Part shown: positions 35,879 to 45,998 of the stretch, one piece after another
Layout of the letters: each line of letters opens with the position of its first letter
Numbering within the stretch: the stretch's first letter is position 1
Source of the DNA: a virus
Direction: 5' to 3' (one strand)
Virus record (IMG/VR): IMGVR_UViG_3300021963_000097
Coordinates: 1-64,000 of that record
Length of the DNA stretch: 64,000 nt
Notes under the pieces: model-generated
What the model was told of the DNA's origin: nothing
What the model saw: the letters and a program-made list of their open reading frames with translations, nothing else
The model's database searches: none
Translations under genes and position numbers: made by a program

Positions 35879-37252
35879 ATGAGCAACACTTCTATAACAA
35901 TAGCTATAGGCCAGTCTGGTATATCAGGTTATTCTGGTCAATCTGGTTTTTCAGGAGTATCAGGCTACTCGGGTAATACTTCTGGATACTCGGGTAATAC
36001 TTCTGGGTATTCAGGTATATCAGGCTACTCAGGTATATCAGGTTATTCGGGTATATCAGGCTACTCGGGTATATCAGGTTTTTCTGGCATCTCAGGTTTT
36101 TCAGGTATAAGTGGCGCATCTGGTTTCTCGGGTGTATCAGGCTATTCAAGTTATTCAGGCATTTCAGGGTATTCAGGTATATCAGGTATATCAGGGTATT
36201 CAAGCATATCAGGGTATTCTAGCGTTTCTGGTTACTCCGGGGTGTCAGGCTATTCCGGTATATCAGGCTTTTTAGGTTATGGTGGTTTATCAGGCTACTC
36301 GGGTATATCAGGTTACTCTGGTGTTTCTGGTTTTTCCGGCATATCAGGTTTTTCTGGTATATCAGGGTTTTCAGGTTATTTAGGTATTTCAGGATATTCA
36401 GGACCAGACGGGGTTCAAGCTGGGCCAGGACCACAAGGCCCAACCGGTCCTATTGGTCCGTCTATAGCAGGTAATACAGGCCCTCAAGGCCCCCAAGGCA
36501 ACGCAGGGCCACTCGGTCCTCAAGGCGCTACTGGACCTACAGGCAACCAAGGACCACAAGGCGGTACAGGACCGCAAGGAGCAACTGGATTTATCGGGCC
36601 TTCACCTACAGGCCCTCGAGGCCCTCAAGGCAATACCGGCCCTAACAGCCCTCCAGGACCTCTTGGCGCGCCTGGTAATCAGGGTCCTCAAGGTCCTGTT
36701 GGCGCTCAAAGCTCTTTTAGTCCTCCTGGACCTCCGGGACCTACAGGACCATCTCCAACTGGGCCGACTGGACCAGCCGGCTTTACTGGCGCTCAAGGAC
36801 CTGCAGGACCGACCGGCTTTACTGGCAATCAAGGCCCAGTTGGCAATCAAGGCCCTGTTGGCAATCAAGGGCCCGCGGGCTTTACCGGCCCGACGGGCTT
36901 TCAAGGACCTCCCTGTACGAATACATTTTCTGACAGCCGCTTAAAAGAAAGTCTTACTATTATTAATGATAGTTTAAATTTATTAAGATCTGTAGATGTA
37001 TATAACTTTACTTGGAAAGAAACATTAACAGCAGCAACAGTACCTCGCATGAGAAACTTAGCCGGTAAAGCCGATATCGGATTTTTAGTTCAAAGTCTTT
37101 CTGCAGTATGGCCATACTCTATAGGTGAAAAAGTAGAAATGATACCAGGGGAAGAGGGTTATTATCAATTTTATCCTGCCCAGATGATACCGTTAGTTAT
37201 GGCTTCTATAAAAGAGCTAGATACAGTAGTTAATCAATTAAGTTCTTTATAA
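35879..37252 (+). CDS. SG-repeat + collagen-like fibre with S74 chaperone
   Basis: GPx repeats; 'SDSRLK..FTWK..IKEL'. Confidence 0.85.
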   Translation: MSNTSITIAIGQSGISGYSGQSGFSGVSGYSGNTSGYSGNTSGYSGISGYSGISGYSGISGYSGISGFSGISGFSGISGASGFSGVSGYSSYSGISGYSGISGISGYSSISGYSSVSGYSGVSGYSGISGFLGYGGLSGYSGISGYSGVSGFSGISGFSGISGFSGYLGISGYSGPDGVQAGPGPQGPTGPIGPSIAGNTGPQGPQGNAGPLGPQGATGPTGNQGPQGGTGPQGATGFIGPSPTGPRGPQGNTGPNSPPGPLGAPGNQGPQGPVGAQSSFSPPGPPGPTGPSPTGPTGPAGFTGAQGPAGPTGFTGNQGPVGNQGPVGNQGPAGFTGPTGFQGPPCTNTFSDSRLKESLTIINDSLNLLRSVDVYNFTWKETLTAATVPRMRNLAGKADIGFLVQSLSAVWPYSIGEKVEMIPGEEGYYQFYPAQMIPLVMASIKELDTVVNQLSSL

Positions 37253-37302
37253 GATAAACTAAGAACAGTTGATAATTTTTAACAGATATATAATTATTTG
37301 TT

Positions 37303-37911
37303 GTGTATCATACTAGTTTAATTATCCAAGAAAACTTCTATACAAACCCGTTAGAAGTAAGAGCGTTTGCTCTTGCTCAAGATTTTAGTGTAGCTGGTAA
37401 TTATCCTGGTAGTAGAACAAAGTCGTTTGCCGATGAAAGTATTTTTAATACAATACAAGATATTGTAAGCCCTCATGCTGGTAAAATTACCTGGTTTGGG
37501 GGTAATAAAGATGCAGATCATAACTACACTGGATCGTATCAGTTAACGTATGCTAAAGATCGTACTTGGATACATAACGATAGTAATACCTCTTGGGCGG
37601 GGGTACTTTATCTTACTCCAGATGCACCGGTCACCGGGGGTACCGGGCTATTTAGACATAAAAAAACTGGGTGGATTAAAGCTCCCAGAACCGCTGATAA
37701 TCTTATAGATCAAGCACTTCTGGATAAAAGTATTGCGGGTTACGAGTATCAAGATTATACTAAATGGGAATTACATGATCAAATTGGTAATAAATTTAAC
37801 CGTTTAGTAATGTACCGTGGGGATTATTTTCATGCCTCTTTAGATTATTTCGGCGACTCAAAAGAAAATGGAAGGCTTTTTCAAACATTCTTTTTTAGTA
37901 CCGAGTATTGA
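37303..37911 (+). CDS. 2OG-Fe(II) oxygenase (DUF6445-like)
   Basis: 'NFY.NP..VR', 'YPG.R', 'WIHND', 'WAGVLYLTP', 'GT', 'FNRLV.Y..YFH', 'RLFQ.FF'. Confidence 0.75.
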   Translation: MYHTSLIIQENFYTNPLEVRAFALAQDFSVAGNYPGSRTKSFADESIFNTIQDIVSPHAGKITWFGGNKDADHNYTGSYQLTYAKDRTWIHNDSNTSWAGVLYLTPDAPVTGGTGLFRHKKTGWIKAPRTADNLIDQALLDKSIAGYEYQDYTKWELHDQIGNKFNRLVMYRGDYFHASLDYFGDSKENGRLFQTFFFSTEY

Positions 37912-37941
37912 TTTTTTTATAATATATAATAAATTATTATT

Positions 37942-38535
37942 ATGCACAATCAATATCAGATCTTTACAAGCGCTTTTAACGATCAATTCTGCGACCATAT
38001 TATTAGTGTAGCAAAGCTGTATCGCGAGCAAGGCGGGGTAGTAGGTTCAATTGATGCTACTACCGGGGAGTCGAGCTCCGCCCTTAATCAAGAAATACGT
38101 AATAGTACTATTCGCTGGATTGATATTTATGCACATAGAGAAATTAATACAATTCTTAATGACTATGTAAATGCAGTTAATAGCTCGCTGTTTGGTTTTG
38201 ATATAAGTTTTGGGTTTAATTCTTTACAGTATACGGAATACAATGGAGATGGCCCGGCGCCTCAGTTTTATGATTGGCATATGGACTGTTTGTTCGATAA
38301 CGCAGTATTAGACCGTAAGTTGTCTGCCGTAGTACAATTAAGTAGTCCAGATGATTATGAAGGCGGGCTTTTCGAAATGGAAGGTTGCGCGCGTCCTCCA
38401 TTTAATGTAGAGCCGTTTTTACCGCGTGGGTCGTTATTAATATTTCCTTCTTACCTTAAGCACCGGGTCTTACCCGTAACTAAAGGGCTACGCAAGAGCT
38501 TGGTAACTTGGTATAACGGACCAAGATTTAGGTAA
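37942..38535 (+). CDS. 2OG-Fe(II) oxygenase, prolyl-4-hydroxylase/PKHD-like
   Basis: 'IRNS', 'Y.WHMD', 'RKLS..VQLS...YEGG', 'FPSYL.HRV.PVT.G.RKSLV.W..GP'. Confidence 0.85.
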   Translation: MHNQYQIFTSAFNDQFCDHIISVAKLYREQGGVVGSIDATTGESSSALNQEIRNSTIRWIDIYAHREINTILNDYVNAVNSSLFGFDISFGFNSLQYTEYNGDGPAPQFYDWHMDCLFDNAVLDRKLSAVVQLSSPDDYEGGLFEMEGCARPPFNVEPFLPRGSLLIFPSYLKHRVLPVTKGLRKSLVTWYNGPRFR

Positions 38536-40231
38536 GAATCTCGCGTAGACGAAAGAATAGCTTTGTTTTTTCGTCTGTCTTAGAATCATCTGCAGGAGCG
38601 ATAATCTGAATAAACCCCGGAAGGTTATTATTCCTTACATACTCTCTTGCTTTTGATGCGCTGATACCAGCAAGTCCATCTTTATCGGCATCGCGTTGTC
38701 CGGAACTCTTAAAGGTAAAGTCTGGTATATTAAAAAGCACCTCGTGCTGAGTCTTACTAGGCTTATTATTATACATGTTAATAAGTTTTTCGTATTCTGG
38801 TATTCTATCAGAGCCAGCGACTTGTATTACTTTAGTGTATCCATTATCAGATAAATATTTTAACACTGCAAATAGGGTCTTACCTTGAGGTAATACTTCA
38901 ACCCCCTGAGGGGCTATCAATCGCAAATAAGCCATTTTTTCATTAATACTCAACGGATCAGTTTTTTTATTTTGAGTATGGGTTGGAAACACAGCAATCA
39001 GATTAGCTTTAACTGCATTACCAGTATCGACGAGTGTCTCAAGAAGGCCTTCATGGGCTAGGGTCGGGGGATTAAACCTACCAAAAGTAAACACCGCAGT
39101 CTTGCCTGAGGCTCTTATCTTACTAGTATTAAAACGGCTTTGAAGTCCACCTATAATAAATTCTCCAGTAATTTTAAACACTTCCGGCGACACCTTAGCG
39201 TTATTAATAACAATGCCTTCCTGCTTTGATGCTGGACCAAACATAGTATTTACATTTAAAAGTAACTCATTCCCTAGCATACGAGTGGCTTGGTAAAATA
39301 TCGCCCCTGCTTTTGCAGCATTAAAACTATTTGGCTTTATAAAATCAATTAAAGGAACCCCCTTAGTGACTGGAACGTATATAGCTTCTTTGCTTATTGC
39401 TTTACGAGTAGCTCCATCTAAAAACGCAACTTGAGTTTCAACAGGATTATTTAAATTTTTTAACCATTGACCTAGTGGTTTGGTTTCAGTAAGATTATTT
39501 GTAGTTTTTATAGTGAACGGAGCACCAAGCACTTTATCAAAATTCGGGGAGGATATTAAAGTCGCAGCTATCTCGTTATACACATTAAAGTCGTATTCAG
39601 CCGCAAACGGCTTTAAAGCTTGTGAGAGATCAAATAATGCTTTTTTATTATACTCTGGATCTATTTTAATACGACTACGCTTTTTTGTTTTCTTAGTAAG
39701 CCCGTATACGAATTCTTTTATATTATGTAGAACTAAAAACTCAGTATCATAAGTTATAACGTTTCCTTGCTTCTCTACATATTCTAAATTTATATACCGT
39801 TCCGTGCCCACCATTTCAAGCTGCTTTAATAACGGCATAATTGTAGGTATAGCGCTATTAAATATAGTTAAAGTCTTTTTACATTTTGCAATAAGATCTA
39901 CATTTGGAGCTATTACATCTGTTTCAGGATCTTTTCTTAAGAATCGTTCCGGTAATTTATCAATCGTGACTCCTGCTAGATCGAGTGGCATATTAGTGCC
40001 TCTATCAATAGCGAACTCAAATTTATTACCAGCTGTTATTAACCGGATACTTAAATTAATACCATCAATTTTAAGTATAGCGGGAGCAGTTTTTAAATAT
40101 TTTGCTGTATTGTTAAATAACTCTATTAAATCGTCTCCAGTTCTTACATTAGGTAAATCAAACGGGTGATTCATATGGCCGCCTGCGCCCCCTTCTTGTA
40201 ATAAACCAGAGTATTGTTTAAAAGATAACAT
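38528..40231 (-). CDS. fusion: ligase-superfamily-like (KxDG) domain + cytidylyltransferase-like domain
   Basis: 'GHMNH', 'KIDG', 'EGIVI', 'FKI'; C-terminal 'TFGRFNPPT.AH', 'NPL-like DPL', 'AGSDR', 'SASKAR'. Confidence 0.7.
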   Translation of the reverse strand: MLSFKQYSGLLQEGGAGGHMNHPFDLPNVRTGDDLIELFNNTAKYLKTAPAILKIDGINLSIRLITAGNKFEFAIDRGTNMPLDLAGVTIDKLPERFLRKDPETDVIAPNVDLIAKCKKTLTIFNSAIPTIMPLLKQLEMVGTERYINLEYVEKQGNVITYDTEFLVLHNIKEFVYGLTKKTKKRSRIKIDPEYNKKALFDLSQALKPFAAEYDFNVYNEIAATLISSPNFDKVLGAPFTIKTTNNLTETKPLGQWLKNLNNPVETQVAFLDGATRKAISKEAIYVPVTKGVPLIDFIKPNSFNAAKAGAIFYQATRMLGNELLLNVNTMFGPASKQEGIVINNAKVSPEVFKITGEFIIGGLQSRFNTSKIRASGKTAVFTFGRFNPPTLAHEGLLETLVDTGNAVKANLIAVFPTHTQNKKTDPLSINEKMAYLRLIAPQGVEVLPQGKTLFAVLKYLSDNGYTKVIQVAGSDRIPEYEKLINMYNNKPSKTQHEVLFNIPDFTFKSSGQRDADKDGLAGISASKAREYVRNNNLPGFIQIIAPADDSKTDEKTKLFFRLREILT

Positions 40232-40494
40232 TACGGGTATTGAGAAGAACCTTCTGACTGTTGTTTTAGCTCTTGCTCTGCAGCGATTGCTAATTCAAGA
40301 TAATGATTAAGATCAGCTTTCATCTGGGTAAAAACTTCTTTATCTCTTAAAGGGGCATCAAGTATTACTTCCAGACTATTTAAAGCTTTTCCAATATTAC
40401 GATACAAGCTAGCAGCAGATGCCATATAATCCTCCGGTAATTGACCGCGAGTATGCAATTGTTCGTACACTTCTGTAAGTTTAGTAATATTCAT
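40231..40494 (-). CDS. hypothetical protein
   Basis: 87 aa, coupled to the downstream gene; 'LTEVYE'. Confidence 0.6.
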   Translation of the reverse strand: MNITKLTEVYEQLHTRGQLPEDYMASAASLYRNIGKALNSLEVILDAPLRDKEVFTQMKADLNHYLELAIAAEQELKQQSEGSSQYP

Positions 40495-40497
40495 ATT

Positions 40498-40869
40498 TTA
40501 ATCGAGTTTAGTGATACCTAATATAGACTTAGCTATATACTGTGCAAGCTGTTCTTTTGATACAGTGTCATTAGCACCAAGCTTTGTGTGCTTTGTTTGC
40601 CACATTTGTATATCTTTAGTAAGTTTGCTCAAAGTGTTAGTAAGCTCTTTTAAAGCAGCTTCCGTTTGTTTTGTTTGTTCTGGAGATTCAGGCTCGTACA
40701 GTCCAGATAATCTCCAGTCTAGAGCAGCAATAGGTCTTGTATCTGAGCTACTTACACTTGCATCAGCTGATGACATTTCCCCGCCTGAACCAAAATCAAA
40801 CTCATTAACTTGAGTCTCTGTTATTAAGCTATATTTTTTAGCTAAAGTCTTTAATCCCGCGTCTTTCAT
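40498..40869 (-). CDS. hypothetical protein
   Basis: 123 aa; TAAGTA upstream; 'LAKKYSLITE'. Confidence 0.6.
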   Translation of the reverse strand: MKDAGLKTLAKKYSLITETQVNEFDFGSGGEMSSADASVSSSDTRPIAALDWRLSGLYEPESPEQTKQTEAALKELTNTLSKLTKDIQMWQTKHTKLGANDTVSKEQLAQYIAKSILGITKLD

Positions 40870-40960
40870 ATATGTAAAGATACTTATGAATTAACAGTAA
40901 AAATACACTAAACTGTTTTTTGATAGTTAAATTCAAGCTATTGAGTAAATATTATATTCT

Positions 40961-42007
40961 ATGGATTCATCTCCAAACACTTTGCCCGTTGAGTTTCACG
41001 ATAACCTTAACCCGGCTATATGGGAAGACAACAAACTTAAGCCTGAAATTAAAGACCGGTTATTAATAATTGCAAAGACATTTTTAGATTCTCTCGAAAT
41101 TGAAGTTGATGTAGAGGATATAATATTAACTGGGTCTTTAGCTAATTATAGTTATACTAAATACAGCGATTTTGATTTACATATTGTTACCGATTATAAT
41201 GAATATAGTGTTGATGCAGAATTATTAAAAGACTATTTTACTGCTAAAAAAACTGTATGGAATTTGACTCGCGATATAACTATAAAGGGGTATGAAGTAG
41301 AGGTATACGTACAAGATGTTTCCGAAACTCATAATGCTACAGGGGTATATTCTATAAAGAATGATGATTGGATTGCAGTTCCATCCCCAGTAAAAGATAA
41401 AGAAAGTATCGATAAAGTAGCAGTAGAAAGAAAAAAACAAGCGATGCTCGATATTATTAATTTTACCTTAACTGCTGAATGCGATATTGAATGCGCGGAT
41501 AAATCCAAAGAAAAAATTACTAAATTACGCAAAGTAGGTCTCGAGAGGGGTGGAGAGTACTCGCCGGAGAATCTTGCTTTTAAAGCGCTTAGACGCTCAG
41601 GAGATCTTGAACGGTTTTACGATGGTATACTCGCTAAGAAAGATAAGCGTTTATCCTTAGATAGTATACAAGAAAATACTTTTAAAAAGTTTATGGGTAT
41701 TGGTACCAAGAGAGGCCCGCGCCACCGGTCTTTAACGGCTGGCGCAAATAAGCTTACTAATCCCAACGCAAAATCGATCGGCATAGTTGCTGATTGGCAT
41801 AAAATACACGGCCATCCATTAGTACATCAATTAAAGAAACAAAACAGCGGAACTATAGTAGTACCAACCACTACCGCTAACGAGCTAGCTGGTATGTACG
41901 AATTAGATATGAATAAAATTCGTAACGGTCTGCCTCGTCAACTCAGCACCAGCGGTATAGAGTTAGGGTATAATCCCCAGTCAAACACCTTTTATTTACG
42001 TAAGTAA
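40961..42007 (+). CDS. Pol-beta-superfamily nucleotidyltransferase
   Basis: 'LNP.IW', 'LTGSLANY.Y..YSDFDLH', 'VEVYVQ', 'GE.S.ENL.FK.LRR'. Confidence 0.8.
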   Translation: MDSSPNTLPVEFHDNLNPAIWEDNKLKPEIKDRLLIIAKTFLDSLEIEVDVEDIILTGSLANYSYTKYSDFDLHIVTDYNEYSVDAELLKDYFTAKKTVWNLTRDITIKGYEVEVYVQDVSETHNATGVYSIKNDDWIAVPSPVKDKESIDKVAVERKKQAMLDIINFTLTAECDIECADKSKEKITKLRKVGLERGGEYSPENLAFKALRRSGDLERFYDGILAKKDKRLSLDSIQENTFKKFMGIGTKRGPRHRSLTAGANKLTNPNAKSIGIVADWHKIHGHPLVHQLKKQNSGTIVVPTTTANELAGMYELDMNKIRNGLPRQLSTSGIELGYNPQSNTFYLRK

Positions 42008-42017
42008 TATAACAATT

Positions 42018-42989
42018 ATGAAGAGCCTATCTTTGCTAGCTGAAAAATATCAAGAAGTACAATTTAATGACCCTGCTGTAATGGTAGAAGCGCATTCCCC
42101 ACATCAGCTCTTAGAGTCCCTTAAGGGGTATAATGAAACTCATGATTTGAAAGCAGTATTTAATTATATTGCTGAATCGAAAGAAAGCGGAAGTACTTTA
42201 GTCACAAAAAGTCTAATTGAAGAAAACGCTGAAGCCGCCGCTACTATACTTGCTATAGAAAAGATTTTAACGTATTACGTAGAAGGCAAAGACTCAGAAT
42301 TTAATAAAAAGGTACTATTAACCCTAGAAGATGTCGGCGCGTACGTCGACGCACCTAAAACTTTACCCCCTAAAGTAAAGAAAAAGACGGCTCCGGTTAA
42401 CCCGGCGCAGACACCAGGGAGTAAAGGTGGCGGTTTTATGGCCGGGGTAAAAAATGTGGTAGGTAAAGGATTAGAATATCTCGGTAAAGCGGCGGGCAAA
42501 TTTGCTAGTGGGGCTCAGAGCGGGAAAGGGACTGGAAGCCCAGAAGAAGCGCCATATGAAACTCATGAAACGCAAGCTGATTTATCTACCCTAGCAAGAA
42601 CTATAGTACCTACAAGTGCAGCTATCTTAACTAGCACGTATGGCGTACCTTCTGACATGTTAGCAAAACTTAAAACAAAACAAATAAGCGGTATAACTCT
42701 TAGTCGAGGCGATAAGTTTGCTGAAATTAAATTTGATAAAAATGGTCTTTACACAATAAGAAGTCTTATGCCAGCTGAAAAGAGCACTATAGACAAGAAA
42801 AAAGTAGCTACTAAAAAAGTGGTCACTAAACCCCCTGTTGTTGCTCCTCCTGTTGTTGTTCCTCCAGTTGTTGCTCCTCCCGCTGTGAACTCAAGCTATG
42901 TGCCATTCTCTTCTCTAGCTAGTAAAGTCTTAAAAGAATTTTATAGTACTAACAAGCCATTACCTTTAGAAACTAATAGTAAGAAATAA
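42018..42989 (+). CDS. hypothetical protein with Pro/Val-rich tail
   Basis: 'LAEKY' N-terminus; PPVV repeats. Confidence 0.65.
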   Translation: MKSLSLLAEKYQEVQFNDPAVMVEAHSPHQLLESLKGYNETHDLKAVFNYIAESKESGSTLVTKSLIEENAEAAATILAIEKILTYYVEGKDSEFNKKVLLTLEDVGAYVDAPKTLPPKVKKKTAPVNPAQTPGSKGGGFMAGVKNVVGKGLEYLGKAAGKFASGAQSGKGTGSPEEAPYETHETQADLSTLARTIVPTSAAILTSTYGVPSDMLAKLKTKQISGITLSRGDKFAEIKFDKNGLYTIRSLMPAEKSTIDKKKVATKKVVTKPPVVAPPVVVPPVVAPPAVNSSYVPFSSLASKVLKEFYSTNKPLPLETNSKK

Positions 42990-42992
42990 TGA

Positions 42993-43571
42993 ATGAGTAC
43001 AGTACAACAATCTATACTTAATAAAAATAGAAAAGACAAGTTCTTACTTGTCTTAAATCTTCCTGATGTACTTAAAAAAATTAATAAAATTTCTTCTGGA
43101 GATAGAGATACAAGTTTTTTAAATCAAGATAGTTTACAGTACTCTATATATGGTAGTATAGTGCCTAGTGTAACAGTACCATCTATCGCACTACCATTTG
43201 CCGGGCAGGTCGCGCAGTATACTAGCTATAGTAGACCTGAATATCCGCCAGTTAGTGTAAATTTTACTGTTGATAACGGATATAACAACTGGTGGGTTTT
43301 ATGGAAATGGCTAGATCTTATCAATAATTCATATGCGGGTTATTATAATGCCGATGATATACTAGACCCTAACGGCAAACTAACTAATAGCTATCAAACA
43401 AATATTACTGTTTATGGGCTAGATGAATATAACAACAAGAAGATACAGTTTACATACACTAACGCTTTTATTACGGGGCTCGGAGAAATATCGTACAATT
43501 ACCGGGAAAGCGATCAGATTGAATCTTCATTTACGTTTTCGTTTGGGCAATTAAAAGCAGAACTTTTATAA
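42993..43571 (+). CDS. tail tube terminator/completion protein (T4 gp3-like)
   Basis: 'VP.V', 'Y..VSVNFTVD..YNNW..LWKW', 'FTYTNAF..LGEI.Y'; upstream of sheath. Confidence 0.6.
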   Translation: MSTVQQSILNKNRKDKFLLVLNLPDVLKKINKISSGDRDTSFLNQDSLQYSIYGSIVPSVTVPSIALPFAGQVAQYTSYSRPEYPPVSVNFTVDNGYNNWWVLWKWLDLINNSYAGYYNADDILDPNGKLTNSYQTNITVYGLDEYNNKKIQFTYTNAFITGLGEISYNYRESDQIESSFTFSFGQLKAELL

Positions 43572-43624
43572 AATTCTCGGTTTCTATGTCGGGGACTCGT
43601 AAATAATAGTATAATCCCTTTACT

Positions 43625-45979
43625 ATGGCATCACTACGCACAATAAATTCCCCCGGTGTAGAAATTCGCGAGATTGATCTTTCAACAAGAGCAGTCACTC
43701 CAGTAGGCACTAACGTGCTTGCAGCAGGATTCGCACCTCAAGGACCAACATATGAAATCGTCGAGCTTTCTTCTCTAAATGAGTTTGAAACTGTATACGG
43801 AACCCCAACAAATGCAGCTGAAAGATATTTTTACTATTCAGTAAGGCAGCTTTTTGCAGCCGGCGGTAATCCTACAATTAAGGTAGCTCGTCTACCATAC
43901 GGCAGTGATGCTGGTGAAGGTACAACTAGTGAGTACAGCGCTTTAGCATATCCTGTAATAGCAATACCAACTGACACAGCAACATATCCTGCATCGGCAG
44001 CCATGGCAGCCGGTACAATCCCATTAAGCTCGGCGCAAGGGTTTTATTTCGGAGAGCCAGCTCTTGTGTCTTTAACAGAGTCCCAATATGAAACAATTGC
44101 TCAAGGCGGTCTTAATTGGACCACAACAACCGGTAATATCGGTTTAAGTAGTTTCTCAGTATCAGGCGCTAACGTTGTAACTAACTTAGGAAAAGCTGGT
44201 TTAGTTGTTCTCAACGAAGCTAAAACTACAATTAACGAAAAGTTCGAAGGTTATTATCTTAACTTAGCTGACTCATTCAGTAACAATCCTGCATCTGATA
44301 TGGATGATACTGTTAACATTAAGACTATTGGTAATAACTACTTTGTGGATGGTGCATTAGCTAGTACTACTTCATATACAGTTGTACCACAAAATCGTAT
44401 CGGTTTTGCATTAAGCGCAACTCAAACACAAAGCTTTGACAGTATGTCGCGCGATATCGAAAATGTACCAACATTTAACATTGCTGCCTCTGGTTATAGT
44501 GACACGGTAATTCTTTCATTATTTAGAGTTCGTCCTTCCCCATTCTCGCCAACCACAACCACATTACAATATGTAATTCAAGAAGGTTATACTGGTTCTC
44601 TTTACACTCAGCGTCAAATTCAAGACCCGCTTGGTGGTAAGCCAATGTCGTTTTATTTAGAGACAGTAGCAAATGATAATTCGAATAACCTTAATGTTCT
44701 TATAAACCCAAATATGAATCTAACCAATTGGTTAGACAATAACGGTAATTCGACTAAGAACGTGAGAGTCTTAAAGACTACAACAGGGTCTGATAGTGAT
44801 ACATTTTACAATTCAGCTTCAGCTTACTTAAATGTTAAAGTTCCCTCATTCAATGCTGCAAACAACTTATATGCCCTTGGTGTATATGCTGACAGTCTTC
44901 CATCTACTACTGCAAAGCCGATTGGCGACGTTGCTACAAAGCTTGACGCCGTATTAAACCTTGCTGAAAATATTGATACAATTGATATTGATATAACAAT
45001 TGATGCAGGTCTTTCAACGATCTACGCAGTAACTCAAGTACTTGGAGTATCTGCTTACGATGATACAGTTATTACAAACGGGCTTATATCCCAAGTTAAT
45101 GCGCTCAGTGCTTCATCTGGTAACCCAGTAAGCAACGATCTTATAACAAAGTGGTCTTCTATCACATCTAAGTTTGAAGAATTTGCAAGAAGTCGCCGTA
45201 AAGATCACCTTTTCGTATCTGACCCAATCCGTCATGTATTCATAACTGGGGAAAATTACAAGACTCTTGATAACAAGAGTAAAAACTTCTCACAAAATAT
45301 TTACTGGCCATTGCGTAACCTTTACGGCGCATACAATTCAAGTTATGCCACAACTTATGGTAACTGGGTAAAAGCAAATGACCAGTTCTCTTCAAAGGGA
45401 GTGTGGTTACCAACATCTGGATACGCTGCAGCAGTGATGACTGCAAATGATGCAGTATCTTTCCCATGGATTGCGCCAGCTGGTTTAAATCGTGGTATAA
45501 TTAACGGTCTTACTGATATTGCAGTTAACCCGCAACAAAAACAACGCGACTTGCTCTATAAGGTATCAATTAACCCATTAGTATTCTTCCCGAATGACGG
45601 TTATGTAGTAATGGGCCAAAAGACCTTATTAAAAGCACCAAGCGCATTCGATCGTATTAATGTGCGTCGTCTATTCCTCTTCCTTGAGAAAGCGACACTA
45701 CGTACAATGAGGTACTTCGTATTCGAGCCAAATACAACATTTACACGCACCCGCGCTGTAAACACCTTAAGTCCGTTGTTTGAGCTCGCTAAGAGTACTC
45801 AAGGGCTTTACGATTATTTGTTAGTGTGTAATGACACGAACAATACGTCTGATGTAATAGATGACAACACAATGGTTGTCGATATCTATATCAAGCCAGT
45901 TCGCGCCGCTGAGTTTATCTTGGTAAACTTCTACGCAACTAAGACGTCGCAAAACTTCAACGAGCTCTTACAAGGTTAA
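43625..45979 (+). CDS. tail sheath protein (T4 gp18-like)
   Basis: 'SPGVEIREIDLS', 'PW.APAGLNRG', 'SAFDRINVRRLF', 'FEPN', 'IKPVRAAEFI'. Confidence 0.95.
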   Translation: MASLRTINSPGVEIREIDLSTRAVTPVGTNVLAAGFAPQGPTYEIVELSSLNEFETVYGTPTNAAERYFYYSVRQLFAAGGNPTIKVARLPYGSDAGEGTTSEYSALAYPVIAIPTDTATYPASAAMAAGTIPLSSAQGFYFGEPALVSLTESQYETIAQGGLNWTTTTGNIGLSSFSVSGANVVTNLGKAGLVVLNEAKTTINEKFEGYYLNLADSFSNNPASDMDDTVNIKTIGNNYFVDGALASTTSYTVVPQNRIGFALSATQTQSFDSMSRDIENVPTFNIAASGYSDTVILSLFRVRPSPFSPTTTTLQYVIQEGYTGSLYTQRQIQDPLGGKPMSFYLETVANDNSNNLNVLINPNMNLTNWLDNNGNSTKNVRVLKTTTGSDSDTFYNSASAYLNVKVPSFNAANNLYALGVYADSLPSTTAKPIGDVATKLDAVLNLAENIDTIDIDITIDAGLSTIYAVTQVLGVSAYDDTVITNGLISQVNALSASSGNPVSNDLITKWSSITSKFEEFARSRRKDHLFVSDPIRHVFITGENYKTLDNKSKNFSQNIYWPLRNLYGAYNSSYATTYGNWVKANDQFSSKGVWLPTSGYAAAVMTANDAVSFPWIAPAGLNRGIINGLTDIAVNPQQKQRDLLYKVSINPLVFFPNDGYVVMGQKTLLKAPSAFDRINVRRLFLFLEKATLRTMRYFVFEPNTTFTRTRAVNTLSPLFELAKSTQGLYDYLLVCNDTNNTSDVIDDNTMVVDIYIKPVRAAEFILVNFYATKTSQNFNELLQG

Positions 45980-45998
45980 CCCTAAGTAATTAAACACC

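Noticed and set aside
19558-36944. Many alternative-frame and antisense ORFs in the SG/collagen genes
   Set aside because: By-products of triplet-periodic repeats, with no independent signals.
19407-37252. InaZ-type ice nucleation protein
   Set aside because: InaZ has AGYGSTxT 8/16-mers; here the period is 3 (SGX). Ice binding remains only a hypothesis.
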